The notes beneath the pieces were generated by a model that saw only the letters and a list, made by a program, of their open reading frames with translations, was not told where the DNA came from and did not search any database. A stretch of 61,876 nucleotides of DNA, counting the filler, from Sphacelaria rigidula (lineage: Eukaryota): assembly GCA_964200075.2 (NCBI GenBank). It is 8 parts of 8 records of this genome, joined end to end, with 100 filler letters (N's around TTAATTAATTAA, not from the genome) between each part and the next. Parts side by side here need not be neighbours in the genome. Positions count along the whole stretch, not along the records: positions 23,242 to 30,888 come from CAXNAA020013946.1; positions 30,989 to 38,635 come from CAXNAA020013947.1; 6 more parts are not named here. One strand, written 5' to 3'. The stretch's first letter is position 1. Each line of letters opens with the position of its first letter. This document shows positions 24,912-36,160 of the stretch, piece after piece. The position numbers and the translations under genes are program-made.

Positions 24912-26199
24912 ATAAAACTCTATACAATACAACTCGAATCAATCAAAGTCAAAGACTGATAATCCATCAGTTGACAAAAAATAATGTATTTATGTATAAA
25001 TATACCTCCAAGGGTCTGTAAAAAAATTATTCGGGACACGTAGGCCCCAAAATCGATAATTCAAGATTTTGAGGGAGGGGGGGGCTGTCCCCTAGTTTAT
25101 TGCCAAGGCGTTGTAGGATATGGTCAACTACCGTACCATAGAGATCCTTGGCATGGAGACCGCTGAGATGACGGACATACCGCCCCTCCAAGCTCATCAC
25201 CTACCATACTTACATTCATGGGATCCTGTTCCGTTCCTTGTGCCTCGACTACCTACCACTAGCAGTCGAGGCAAATTTCGCGAGGCGTGAGATAACGTTG
25301 CTACCTTGGCTACAGGCTGTCGCTACCGTGCGCTCGTGTATTGTACATGGATGTGTGTGAGCGTTGCCGGCATCCGAGGTCATCGGGACAGGGTGGGCGA
25401 GGAGCAGAAGCAAATATACGAAACTCGCAAAGCCCACCAGACTTTTTGGCTTTTATCAGTGTTTATTGATCAATTTATTTCAACAATGTCAACGAAAAAA
25501 TAAAAATCACAAAAAATCACAAAAACAAGAGTAAAAAATAATGACAATTTTCGAAAAATTCCCCTCCGGGAGGTGGGGGGGGGGGCTTCTTGTCCGAAAA
25601 ATTTCTCTCGACAGACCCTTGATCCCTCTACGCTTTTTTTGTTCTGCCCTCTCAGATATCGCGCTCCTACAGTATCACTCACGTACTTCGGCGCTGGCAT
25701 CCATACTGCGATCCGCGGCCTTTATCTCGACAATGAACTCGAGGCAAGGACCCCACCTTTGTGACCGATCACAAACGGAACGCTTGCTTGTATAGATCGA
25801 CTAACACGACCATGGATGGCACCCTGACGATCTTTGACGACAATATCGTGTAAGCGTTTTTTACCTCCTTGGTGAGACCCGTCAGACCTTGCACAAGTTC
25901 CTCCACCTCTGGAGGATGACGTTCCAGACATTCAGACACCAGGCTGTGGAACCGCGGCCACAGGAATACCTTGGACACGCTCAAGTTGCGTAAAACCTGT
26001 GTGTTTGGGGAGTTGTCATCGAAAGCGATGAGATCATTGATGATTGCTCAGCTGCTTGCTTGGTTGCTCGGCTATCGCACAAGAGTTGGTCCCGCACCCT
26101 ATGCAACCTCGACGAAGACCACACGATAAAAGTACACAGGGAAGATAAGACAAGACATCCGCGGCAAGGAATGGTATGTAGTATTTCCCAGCCGTTGTA

Positions 26200-26795
26200 C
26201 GAGCTGGGCCAGCAGTAAACCCCGCATTTGCATGTCACACCACAACTTATCAAGTTTACTAAATCAGCCCGACTTGAGTGTATCGGTGTGACCTGCAGAT
26301 CAACGTGGTAACGCACGGGACCGCCGCTGAAAAAATGAAAAAATGAAAATAAAAAAAAAGTACTGCATAATGTATCACCTAGCCGACGGAACAAAAAAAG
26401 GAATCCGTCGGGATTCGAACTCGTGACCTCCATACCTGGAGTCAACTGCATCACTTGGATTCAACGAGCGCAGCCGTGCCACACGAAAAGTTGGATGCTG
26501 CGCCACATTTTTGGGATTTTTGGCCGAAATTGCGAAAGGATCTCCTCCGCACAAGGACGCACAACTACACCAAGGATGCCACCGTATTTCTTTATTTTCA
26601 CGGAGTAATAGCACTTTTCTAGTTTTTGGAGAAACTTCAAATCGCTCTAACTTTCTGTTTTGTTTTGTTAGCATCCCCGGTAACGTTGTGCGTAGTGATG
26701 ATAAAATTTTGTCAAACTTTCAGCGCCCAAAGCTTCGGATTACCCACCGCCCGGCCCGGATACATTCGCAAGTCACTGTCAGCTGGCCCAGCTCG
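26200..26795 (+). mobile_element. Tc1/mariner-like MITE with both TIRs (596 bp) and internal tRNA-like cassette
   Basis: Perfect 14-bp TIR CGAGCTGGGCCAGC, TA on both sides; B-box GTTCGAATC and T7 run on minus at 26393-26462. Confidence 0.85.
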
Positions 26796-27337
26796 TATAA
26801 GCCCGGAGTTGATGGAGGAGGGAGGAGATATGGTACTCTTAGTCTGAGTAATTAGGCTACCTGACCTTCTCAGACCCCCGGACATGACGTTGGCTCATCT
26901 GTTGAAAATACATTTCCGGCACTCATAGATTAAAGGTATACATTGTTGTCGAGAGCTTAGGGCGAGTTGGCCGCGGGTCAGAAAAATCGATGGAGCTGAT
27001 GTGGTGATTGAAAAACACCAGTGAGGCGGCTGATTGTCGGAGTTACCTGGTGACCGCATAGCATCCATCCCATAGGGCCGGGAGAGGGGGGGGAAGTTCG
27101 CTGAGCCAGCTGTCTTTGTTTTATACGTGAGTCGTGCAGATAATACAGTTGCTTGCAAAGGCCTGCAAACAAGCTTTTCCTTTCGATAAAAATGGTGGGT
27201 GATTTCTGTTGATGATGAGGTTGTGAATTGTAAATAGTCACAACCGTGCTCAAAAGCAAAATTTTGCCTCAAAGCTCTCGTCTCGGTATGACCCGGCTTC
27301 AGCCTTGCATTTTGTTCTTGTTGCCGGATTATTTTTG

Positions 27338-29712
27338 GGCAACGGCCTAAAAAAGGTATACCTTCTCGTACTGTGCCTAAGGAAGGTACGAAAAACGACC
27401 AGACACGCGAGAACAGCAAAACACATAATCTAGACCGATTTCGCTCCGACTTTTTCACTCACAGCATTCAGGGAGCTCCTTGGCACCCGGCCCTCGAAAA
27501 TACTCCAGAAAAAAACATGTTACTCGCGAAATATGGCCGTGCGCAGGAGGACGTCTCGCCTCCAGAAACCACTTTTCCCTTCTAGGCCAAATTGCGGCCA
27601 GGTATACCTGATCTAGGAATTCTTCTTCAATCGTACCTTATCTGGGCCACCACTCATCCCAGGAAGTACCTATCCTGGGCCATCGCTTCCCACACTGTAT
27701 CTGATGCGGCACACTGCGCGCAACGGAATCTACGCGCTAACTCCAACCATGGTGCCCACACATACATTCGGCTCTTTTCCCGCCCATTTCTCGTTCACGA
27801 ACCCCACAACGACCACATGCTACGAGTGCTAACCCGAACGCCACAACCATTAACCCTTATGGGACCGGACTCCCCACACTGGTATGTTTGTTGCACCTTC
27901 CTCCACTTTTCCCCCCCACAACCGTGTGTCAGTGGCAGGTGACCACTGGTTTCATGTTCAAGTCGAAATGATGCCAAAACCACAAAAATATGTGAATTGC
28001 CATAATTTGTACCACTCAGGACGGAAATATAGGCCCTTTTTCGTGTCGGAATTAGAAGTCCTTTTTTGAGCTTTTCGTGTTAGGGACGCCCCAGCTCATC
28101 TAGACGCGGGGAAATGAGTCCAAATAGTGCCATGAGGTCAGACGAGGGGGGGGGAAGGCCAGGGTCACCAGGGGACGCCAGGAAACCATCCCTGGGTTCC
28201 CACTGCATGTTTGGAGGGAATTGCCTGATCTGGTACGTTCAGCCGTACGTTAAACATGACGGTGTACCACTTCCAGGAGCATGAAAATGCATGCACAAGT
28301 GGTTGGAAAAGTGACGATGCAGGAAATTTCCCCGGGGTGATCAGGGGACACCAGGAAACCACCCCCGGGTTTCCAATATGCAGCAGCCCCGGTACGGGGA
28401 AGTGGGTCTTATCTGGGTTGTCATTGAATTCGAAACCGTATCCACACCAATCGCATGCCCCACATCCACATGCAGAAATCCTTCACACTCTTCATCCACG
28501 TTGAAATTCTTTCTCTTTGGCCTCTCGGCTGCATTTTCAGCGCTAGACATGCCCCTTCACACCACAAGAAGGTATCAAACCGCCACTTTGAAAGCTGGGG
28601 GCTCGGTTTCCTGCTGCTGGGCGCTGGTGTATGTACGCGGGACTGTAATCTTTTTTTAAATATCCACGCAAACGCGCGCGCGCATGTGCGGCGAGTCTAG
28701 AAAAAATACGGTTTAAAAAAATTCGACCTACAGCAGAATTTTTGCCGCAGAATGTAAAAAAAGGACCTATATTTCCGTCCAGAGTGGTACTTGAAAACAA
28801 CAAAAGTGGACAACTGCCACTAACACACGATTGTGGGGGGATAATGGTGCAAAAAGGGTTAATACGGAACATGAAATTTTGCTTGTGCTGACTTTGTTTA
28901 TTACTTTTTTTTGTTACGACTTAGTCTGCTATGTCGTTCCGTTCGACATTTTTTTTGGTTCTTATTTTTATGTACCTTCTTCTCTTCAGAGCGTGTTCCG
29001 GTTTCGTTTTGCTTGGGTACGTCTATCATAAGACCACGGCTGGACCCTTGGGGGGTCAGTTAAAGTGCGACAACCAATGAATCAATCAAAATGACACCAG
29101 CCCCACATGGCAACGGCACGACGTTACATAACGCTCCGCAAGCACAAAAGACCGACGCGTTGCGAGTTGTAAGTCCAGTTCTCGTGTCGATGCGGAGAGA
29201 CTCTGGAACCATTTCCGGGGATAAAAGGATGTGGTCGTTGTGGCGTTCGTGAACGAGAAATGGGCAGGAAAAGAGCCGAATGTATGTGTGGGCGCCATGG
29301 TTGGAGTTAGCGCGTAGATTCCGTTGCGCGCAGTGTGCCGCATCAGATACAGTGTGGGAAGCGATGGCCCAAGATAGGTACTTTCTGGGATGAGTGGTGG
29401 CCCAGATAAGGTACGATTGAAGAAGAATTCCTAGATCAGGTATACCTGGCCGCAATTTGGCCTAGAAGGGAAAAGTGGTTTCTGGAGGCGCGACGTCCTC
29501 CTGCGCACGGCCATATTTCGCGAGTAACATGTTTTTTTCTGGAGTATTTTCGAGGGCCGGGTGGTGCCAAGGAGCTCCCCGAATGCTGTGAGTGAAAAAG
29601 TCGGAGCGAAATCGGTCTAGATTATGTGTTTACGCGTTTTCGCGTTCTTGGTAATCATTCGTACTTTTCTTGAGCGAAATAAGGGAAGGTATACCTTCTC
29701 TAGGCCATTGCC
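27338..29712. mobile_element. Large inverted-repeat structure (~400-bp near-identical arms)
   Basis: 27418-27818 is the reverse complement of 29229-29631; mirrored ORFs 27592(+) and 29455(-); ~80 bp of weaker match outside the arms. Confidence 0.8.
27854..28858. mobile_element. piggyBac-like non-autonomous element (~1 kb) between the IR arms
   Basis: TTAA|CCCTT ... AAGGG|TTAA; subterminal inverted repeat ccccccacaa(c/t)cgtgtgt(c/t)agtggcag. Confidence 0.65.
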
Positions 29713-29871
29713 TGTTTTCTTTCCTTCCGGAAGTATTTTGTGCCCGTTTGCTATCCCCTTCCTTCGTATTGTCCTCCATTTCTCGAGCTCTGTTCAGCGA
29801 GCATTTATTTTCATGTATCGTCGGTACCCACGTCATCTTCGTGACCAGGTCTATCTTGTGGGATCCGCTAA

Positions 29872-29973
29872 CCGTTTGGCCGCGAGGGTAGGTCACCTGC
29901 TGAATCGGCATCAATTTCTCTTGGAAAAATGTATGCGTGGTCCAGATGGACTACCCGCACCGCAGTCTAGGGG
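29872..29973. mobile_element. piggyBac-like MITE
   Basis: Same internal motif (ctgaatcggcatcaattt); ends ctagggg|TTAA. Confidence 0.7.
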
Positions 29974-29977
29974 TTAA

Positions 29978-30333
29978 ATGTGTGTTTTGCCGTCCCATTT
30001 ATTCTGGACGCCGGTCTACACTCCTCGGTATATATTGGCGCACCAGTCAGGGCCACACGGAAGGAAGGCCAACACCGCAGTTTTTTTTTTTCTCGTTTGT
30101 TTTTGGTTCTCCCCATTCCTCTTGCGGTGCTTGCCTTTTTTTTTCATCGCGAGAGGAGTCAGCGGTCCCTTTCCCTCGTCGACCATTACGTCGGATTTTG
30201 TGTATCTACGACATAGTCCGTCTCCTCTGTTGGGCGTTGTGTGTGAAAAAATCACAGGTCGCTCCGAGATTCTGAACCCACGACCCAACCGTCAGATGGT
30301 TTCGAGATTACCAGCTGAGCCACCGGAGCGACC
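29978..30333 (-). mobile_element. tRNA-derived SINE
   Basis: A box TGGCTCAGCTGG; B-box-like GGTTCAGAATC; body homologous to 17801-18139. Confidence 0.8.
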
Positions 30334-30521
30334 ATTTTATGGGCGACAATTTATCGAGCAATCAACCAATCACTCAACCAGCAAAACAATATATCATGAA
30401 ATTCAGATTTGTTGAGCGTCCAGGCGTCAGCCAAACGCACAAGCCGGATCGTGCTTCGGGCGGGCATCCTACCCATTGGATGATGACCTGTATGGTGTAT
30501 TTGTAGAGCCCGTGACGGCAA

Positions 30522-30691
30522 GTTAGCGAGATCGGTATCTAAGTGCCTATTCGATACGCCGTTATTCGATACGACGTGTCATACACCGATACGATACGAC
30601 GTATCGTAAACCAATACGATTCGGCGTGTCGTATATCGATATGATACGACGTATCGTATCGATAAAAGATACCGATAACGTCGATACTAAC
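30522..30691. repeat. CGATA/TATCG-rich palindromic MITE-like element
   Basis: Dense gatacga/tcgtatc motifs; ends gttag...ctaac. Confidence 0.55.
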
Positions 30692-30888
30692 ATACAAACT
30701 TGGAAATGACACCAAAAAACAACGTGGAATCACAAGAGTGGGTACGTACGAGGGCTAACAGGCGTATTAGGCGGGTGGTAAGAGGATAGGCGGGGGGGGG
30801 GGGGGGGGGAAACAACACTTTTGTGATAGGGGGGGGGGGGGGGGGGGAGGGGGGATACTTCGCGGGGGCCGCGCCTTTTAAAAAAAAA

Positions 30889-30988
30889 NNNNNNNNNNNN
30901 NNNNNNNNNNNNNNNNNNNNNNNNNNNNNNNNTTAATTAATTAANNNNNNNNNNNNNNNNNNNNNNNNNNNNNNNNNNNNNNNNNNNN
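30889..30988. other. Artificial scaffold spacer
   Basis: 44 N + TTAATTAATTAA + 44 N. Confidence 0.99.
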
Positions 30989-31272
30989 AATTGAGTTTCC
31001 CAAAACAAGTATACCGTGTGTGTTTTCGCCAGAATGCGCACGCGGCGGGATGTGGCCAATCAGGCGGCTGCATTAGTAACTTTTCTGAGGGGGGGTGTGA
31101 GCTATATCGGATGTTGGCGAAAATACCGCCGGTATACCGGTTGTTGGCGATTGCCCCATGAACAGTGTTACTGCACATTGACTACAAACATAAAGACTAA
31201 CTACTGAATACCACGAAATGATATCCGAGTAAAACAAGAAACAAAGACCATGCCGAAACCATCAATAATCTG

Positions 31273-32079
31273 TCAAACTGTAGTTGTAGTTGTAGTTGAA
31301 GCAGTCTTGAAAACCGATCTATGCAAAAAACAATCGTACACAGAATGCGCCATGCACTCCCCGACTTTTTGATCCTGGCGATAAGAAACGAAAAAGATGC
31401 TTGTTAACAGACTTGGTCCGATGTGGGCGAATTGACTTTGCGTAGGGATGTAATGGATGGTAATCTTGCCCTCCTCGACCAGCTCTCTGATGTAGAAGAA
31501 ACGTGAATCGATGTGCTTCGTACGGGAACTGTAAGGTTGGTTACCGATGACATGCAGAGTGGCCGTGTTATCCATGTGCATCGGCACTTGCCCGACCTGC
31601 TGTACACTGCTTAGCTCTGTCATCGTGTTTGAGTACAACATGGCTTCCTTCATCGTCAGCGCTGAAGCCATCAGCTCTGCCTCCGTAGTGGACATTGCTG
31701 CTAGGCTGTGGATTCTCGAGTCGAAGCCTACGGCGGCCTGATACATCATGATGAGATACGCTGAGGTCGATTTTCTGTTGTCCGGGCTACTGCCCCAGTT
31801 TGCATCCGAAAACCCACTGACCTTGAATCCTCCTTGTTTGTATGTAATGCTGAACGCCCTTGTTCCAGCAAAATATCGTAGGAGGTGCTTCGCAGCTCCC
31901 ATGCAGACCTTGCCTGGCTTCGACATTGCACGCGCAAGTTGGCAAGGTGTATACATCACGTGGTGACGTGTGATCTGCGCAAGGTACATTACGGAACCAG
32001 TAATGGCCTGGCACCTCCGAGTTCCTCTGTACTTGAGAAGAGTCTTCTCCGGTTGCGTCGTAGACAGCTCCGAACCCAA
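31273..32079 (-). pseudogene. Copia RT C-terminus / RNase H remnant
   Basis: GSVMYLA, AAKHLLRY, FSDANWG, STTEAE and RTKHID motifs. Confidence 0.9.
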
Positions 32080-35000
32080 CCCTGGGAGGTGTTCACAGGC
32101 TTGCCGTACTTCATGCCAAAATCGTGCAGCAAGTGATTATGCGTATTCCTCCTGGGTGATGGTGTGCGTACCGTTTTCACCGTCGCAAGTGATTTGCATG
32201 TCCGGAACAAGCGACACCCATTACCTTCTTATCGATGTCGTCGATTACGCGGATGTGACCCCCAACCACAAGGATATCGTCGACGTGGAGGGTAATGATT
32301 ACAACCGTGACATTATGGTCGTCAATGAAAACGCAAGAACCTGACTTCAAGGGCGTAGATTCAAGTCCTGTCACTTTTAGATCTCAAGTTTTCCACCAGT
32401 TACGTGGGCTTTGGGCTAGTGGGCCAAGGCTCTTTTCCGGCTTCATAAAAAGTTGGACGTCTTCCTTATTGATGATCTCGAAACCAGATGTCATTTTACG
32501 AAAGAAATCTCCCTCAATGTCGGCGCAGAGAAAAACAATCGTCGCGCCAAGCTGGACCACTTCCCAGTTCATCCCAGCAGCGATCGCGAGCACCATCCGA
32601 ATGCTGTGGAGTCTGCAAATGGGAGCAAAGGTGTAACCACAGTCTCTGCCGGGGACTTGGTTCCTGCCCTGGGAAATAAGTCTAGCTTTACATGAGTTGT
32701 CCGGCTTGACTCCGAAGACTCTGAACCAAAAACGATCTGTCCCAGAGGAGAATCTGACTTCGGGACGAGAATATACACGTGAAGGTCTTGCAGGCTCAAG
32801 TCTTTCGGAACCTTGATAGTTCCCGAACGAATCTGAAGCTGTGTACATGTAGCAGCGTGGGCGCGCTCTACAAAGCTATAAGCTGGGTCCTCCCAGAAGC
32901 TCACCTTCCTTCGGCCGGTTCATACTCGCTATGTATCACGAGTTATGCCTACCATGACACATCGTGGCAATCGGCAAATCAACGCGCGACTATTAATATA
33001 TGTGGCACTGCGATCCCACAAGTTCCCGTCAAAGTATTATAAATACCAAACTGTAACCATCTGCGATATGCAGAGAGTTGAGGGTGACACATGCGGCAGA
33101 ATTGGAAAAAAAAAAAAATGGGTAATTTTTGGTTACATTCGGTTGCGCCGCGGCCGAAAGTCGTCGTGCCGCCCAAGTTGTGGTTGTGTTGTATAACAAT
33201 GCGTGTCGTACTGGAGGCGTACAGTGTCCGACATGGCACGCAGACGAGGCCCCCAGCGGGCCAAGGCGTCTGGTACAAGTGTGCGAACCGATGAGCAGTG
33301 GGTGGAGACCTCTGTGCCGAGCGTAGGAGACAAGAAAACGTCAAAGGTCTTTATAATACATATAGCTGCACACACGAACCGGCTTTCGACATAAAAATGT
33401 GGTTGCCCTGTTCAATTTCAAGATTTTTTCAATGAAACTTCGACACGATGTACATGAGGTATGTGCAGAAAAAAACCTATTCCCCCCCTCTTATTTTTTT
33501 TCTTGGTGGGTAATCGGTGATCGGAATTTGGCACAATTATTTTTCGGTACAACATCGTCGGTGGCTCACTTGAAAAGAATAGTCAGGGGGGGGAGGAAAG
33601 TAGGGTCTTCACACATACCTCATGTGCATCGTGCCAAAGTTCCACAGAAAAAAACTTGAAATTGAACAGCACAACAGCTCTTCAATACTCCTGTTCGTAC
33701 CTTGGCTGGTCCACCTCCACATAGGAACTGACTTCCGACATAAAAACATGATTTCATTCATCAACTATGAGTCGTTTCCTATGAAATTTTGATACCATTT
33801 GCAGGACGGATGTGCGAAGACCTCACCTTTCCTCCTTGATCTTTCTTGTTTTCCGTATTACTTATCGGCAATGAAAATTTCATGACAGTTTTTTTCATGC
33901 CTGAATCGCTAATAACTCACGAAAAAAAAAGTATCAAGGGGGAAAGTTAGGATCTTCGTACATTCCTCATAAATACCATCTCAAAATTTTATAGAAAACG
34001 ACTCCAGGTTGAGCACCAAAAACGCGGTCCGAAATTCCTGCTCGCATCTTCGGTGGCCCAGCTTGTAAGCTGCTCATGTTTTTGTGCAACGTCGGAAAAC
34101 TCTCCTTTCGCGAGGTGAGCAAATTTCGAGGTAGGCACACTACGTCAATAACGCCGATTACGCTCGAAGGATCTGATCGAGAAGTTCGATCACGCGCCCT
34201 AGTGGGAGTGTCCGACGAAGATGACTCCTCGATCGGCGGGGTTTCACTCGACGCCGCGGGTTCAGGAGCATCAAGAAGATGTCAACAAGCGATTTCTTGA
34301 ATGTGATCCGTTGCACAATTTTCCGAAGACGAATCAAGGTCAAGATGTGACGTGTTATCACCAACGTCTCGCACAAGGTGCACATGCCCGTCGCAGGAAA
34401 ATGTTCCTTCGTCAGGATCGTTCCCCAGGCGCGAGGTTCCAGCTTTTTGGTGTGGGTTTCCTCACGAACAAATACTCTGCTGCCGATAGCCCGAAGGTAC
34501 TCGAGATTAATTTACTCGCCGTAGCGAGCTTTCAAGGCGGTTGCCGTTTTTAGAGTTAGAGTTGAGTGTGGAACTCAATGTATCAAGTATGTGGCTGCCA
34601 GCATGACTTTTCCTCAAAGGAAATACGGTAGACCGCTAGCGTGCGTCTATCCGCTTGGTTGCACCAATGTGTTGCGGAGTATTAGTTGAGGCAAACTCTA
34701 GCTTGATACCTACGTCAAGGTGATACTGGTAAAAAGCCGGACCTGTATTTTCTCCTCTCCTGTCCGCCCTCACACGTTCCAATCGCAATCTAGCCGGGAT
34801 GACGACGGCCTGTACCGACACCATAAAGCTGCTGTGTAAATCTTGTGTGGTATACCGAGTGTAGTGTAGTCTCTCATGCGGACATGTAAATTCGGCACGA
34901 GAGCGGGGTCGACGAAGTTATTCGAAGCCCCACTATCCACCATCGTGATGATGGAGGTATCGCCAGGACGTGAATCAACTCTCGACAGGGCAGTAGTTTT

Positions 35001-36160
35001 TGTCATGTAGGACGCTCCGAAAGCACATAAAATGCCAGAGGAGCTGTGGGGTACTGTTGTCGACGTATTTCAGCCTGTGAGGGACCAAGCTGTGTGGCCG
35101 ACGTCCTGGTGACCGCAGGCGTCGTAAAAGTGACTACTCCCATCGTGTAGAATGTGCTTGTGTTAGACGAGTGTCCAACGGCGGAGAAAGAGAACCCAAA
35201 CGATGAGTAGCCTTGTTCAGCCGGGAGATGGGCACTGCCAACGTGTGCGAAATTGGGCTGAGCAGGCGGCTTTGTGTTTAATTCCGCCTGTTTGTGACAC
35301 TCAGCGTCGGAGCGGGTTTTCAATTTGTGATACGAATACCACTTGGCTTCGCAGCCACCCTGCTTACAGGACTTTTTCTTGTCGCGGTTGGGCTCGTTCT
35401 TTTGGACAAGTTCCAGGCAGTCGCGCTGGTAGTGACCGAATAAACCGCAGGTATAACATTGGACATTGCCTGATGCAGCTACGATCGCGACGCCGCGTCC
35501 AGAGATCGATGAACTTGATGATGTCCATCACAGCTCGTAGATGTACATTTTGACGACGTTGGACCAGATTTCCGGGAGGTTGAATGAGCGATCTCGGTAG
35601 CTGCACTACCTGGCGAAGTCGTCCTCTTTGGGGAGTGCACGAAGGATGACATTCTCGTACCTTTTGTCGAGGAAATCGTCGCCCATGTCTCTGAGGCGGA
35701 CACGTAAATCGTCCATCGTTGCTAGAAAATCCGGAGTGTCGTTTAACGAAAGTTCATAACAACAGAAAACAGCTTCTCTAGGCACGCGTGACGAGCTTTC
35801 TTTGTATTTACATCGAATCCATCAGCGAGCGCTTTGCACGAGGCCGCTCCGTCACCCAGAGATGCAGTTGCAGAGGTGGCTTCATGCTTCATGCGCTCTA
35901 ACTGTGATACGCGCAGACCGTTGCGTTGCAAAGAATAGAATCGAGTTGAGGTTGCAATTTGCCTTGTCCCATCTTGTCAAGCCGTCTGTATTGGTGAACG
36001 AGGCAGATGGACATGGAGCCCCGTCCAAGGCTCTCAGCATTTATGGCGAACGATAGCCAAGTACTTTGACGTATCTTCGACTTCTGTTCCCGGTAGCCAG
36101 GTCCCCAACATTTTGAAAATGACGGGAGAGCACGGTGTAGTGAGGACGACTCTGCCATGG
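31350..36160 (-). mobile_element. Decayed Ty1/copia LTR retrotransposon (gag-PR-IN-RT-RNaseH), frameshifted
   Basis: gag-like region ~35200-36160; protease MVDSGAS ~34930; integrase remnant GIKLEFASTNTPQHIGA ~34660-34720; RT (KARLISQG, LHVDDIL) ~32100-32880; RNase H (GFSDANWG, MDNTATL, RTKHID) in ORF 31273..32079. The PR-IN-RT-RH order is diagnostic for copia. Confidence 0.93.
32879..34065. mobile_element. TA-flanked TIR element inserted into the copia pol region
   Basis: TA|TAAGCTGGGTCC ... TGGCCCAGCTTG|TA; removing it rejoins a plausible pol reading (...KHEQLSFVERAHAAT...). Confidence 0.7.

Noticed and set aside
25769..26040. Peptide faintly like a mariner transposase C-terminus (NSP...FLW...VEEL)
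   Set aside because: The catalytic SPDLNPxD-type motif is absent and the frame is closed upstream.
26393..26462. Possible tRNA genes (also ~9490, ~15062, ~18070, ~30265, ~58167)
   Set aside because: No complete cloverleaf could be drawn, and all lie within repeats (SINE heads or MITE cassettes).
27592..27942. Apparently duplicated protein MRPGIPDLGILLQ... (also 29060..29455)
   Set aside because: By-product of the inverted repeat; no domain or splice support.
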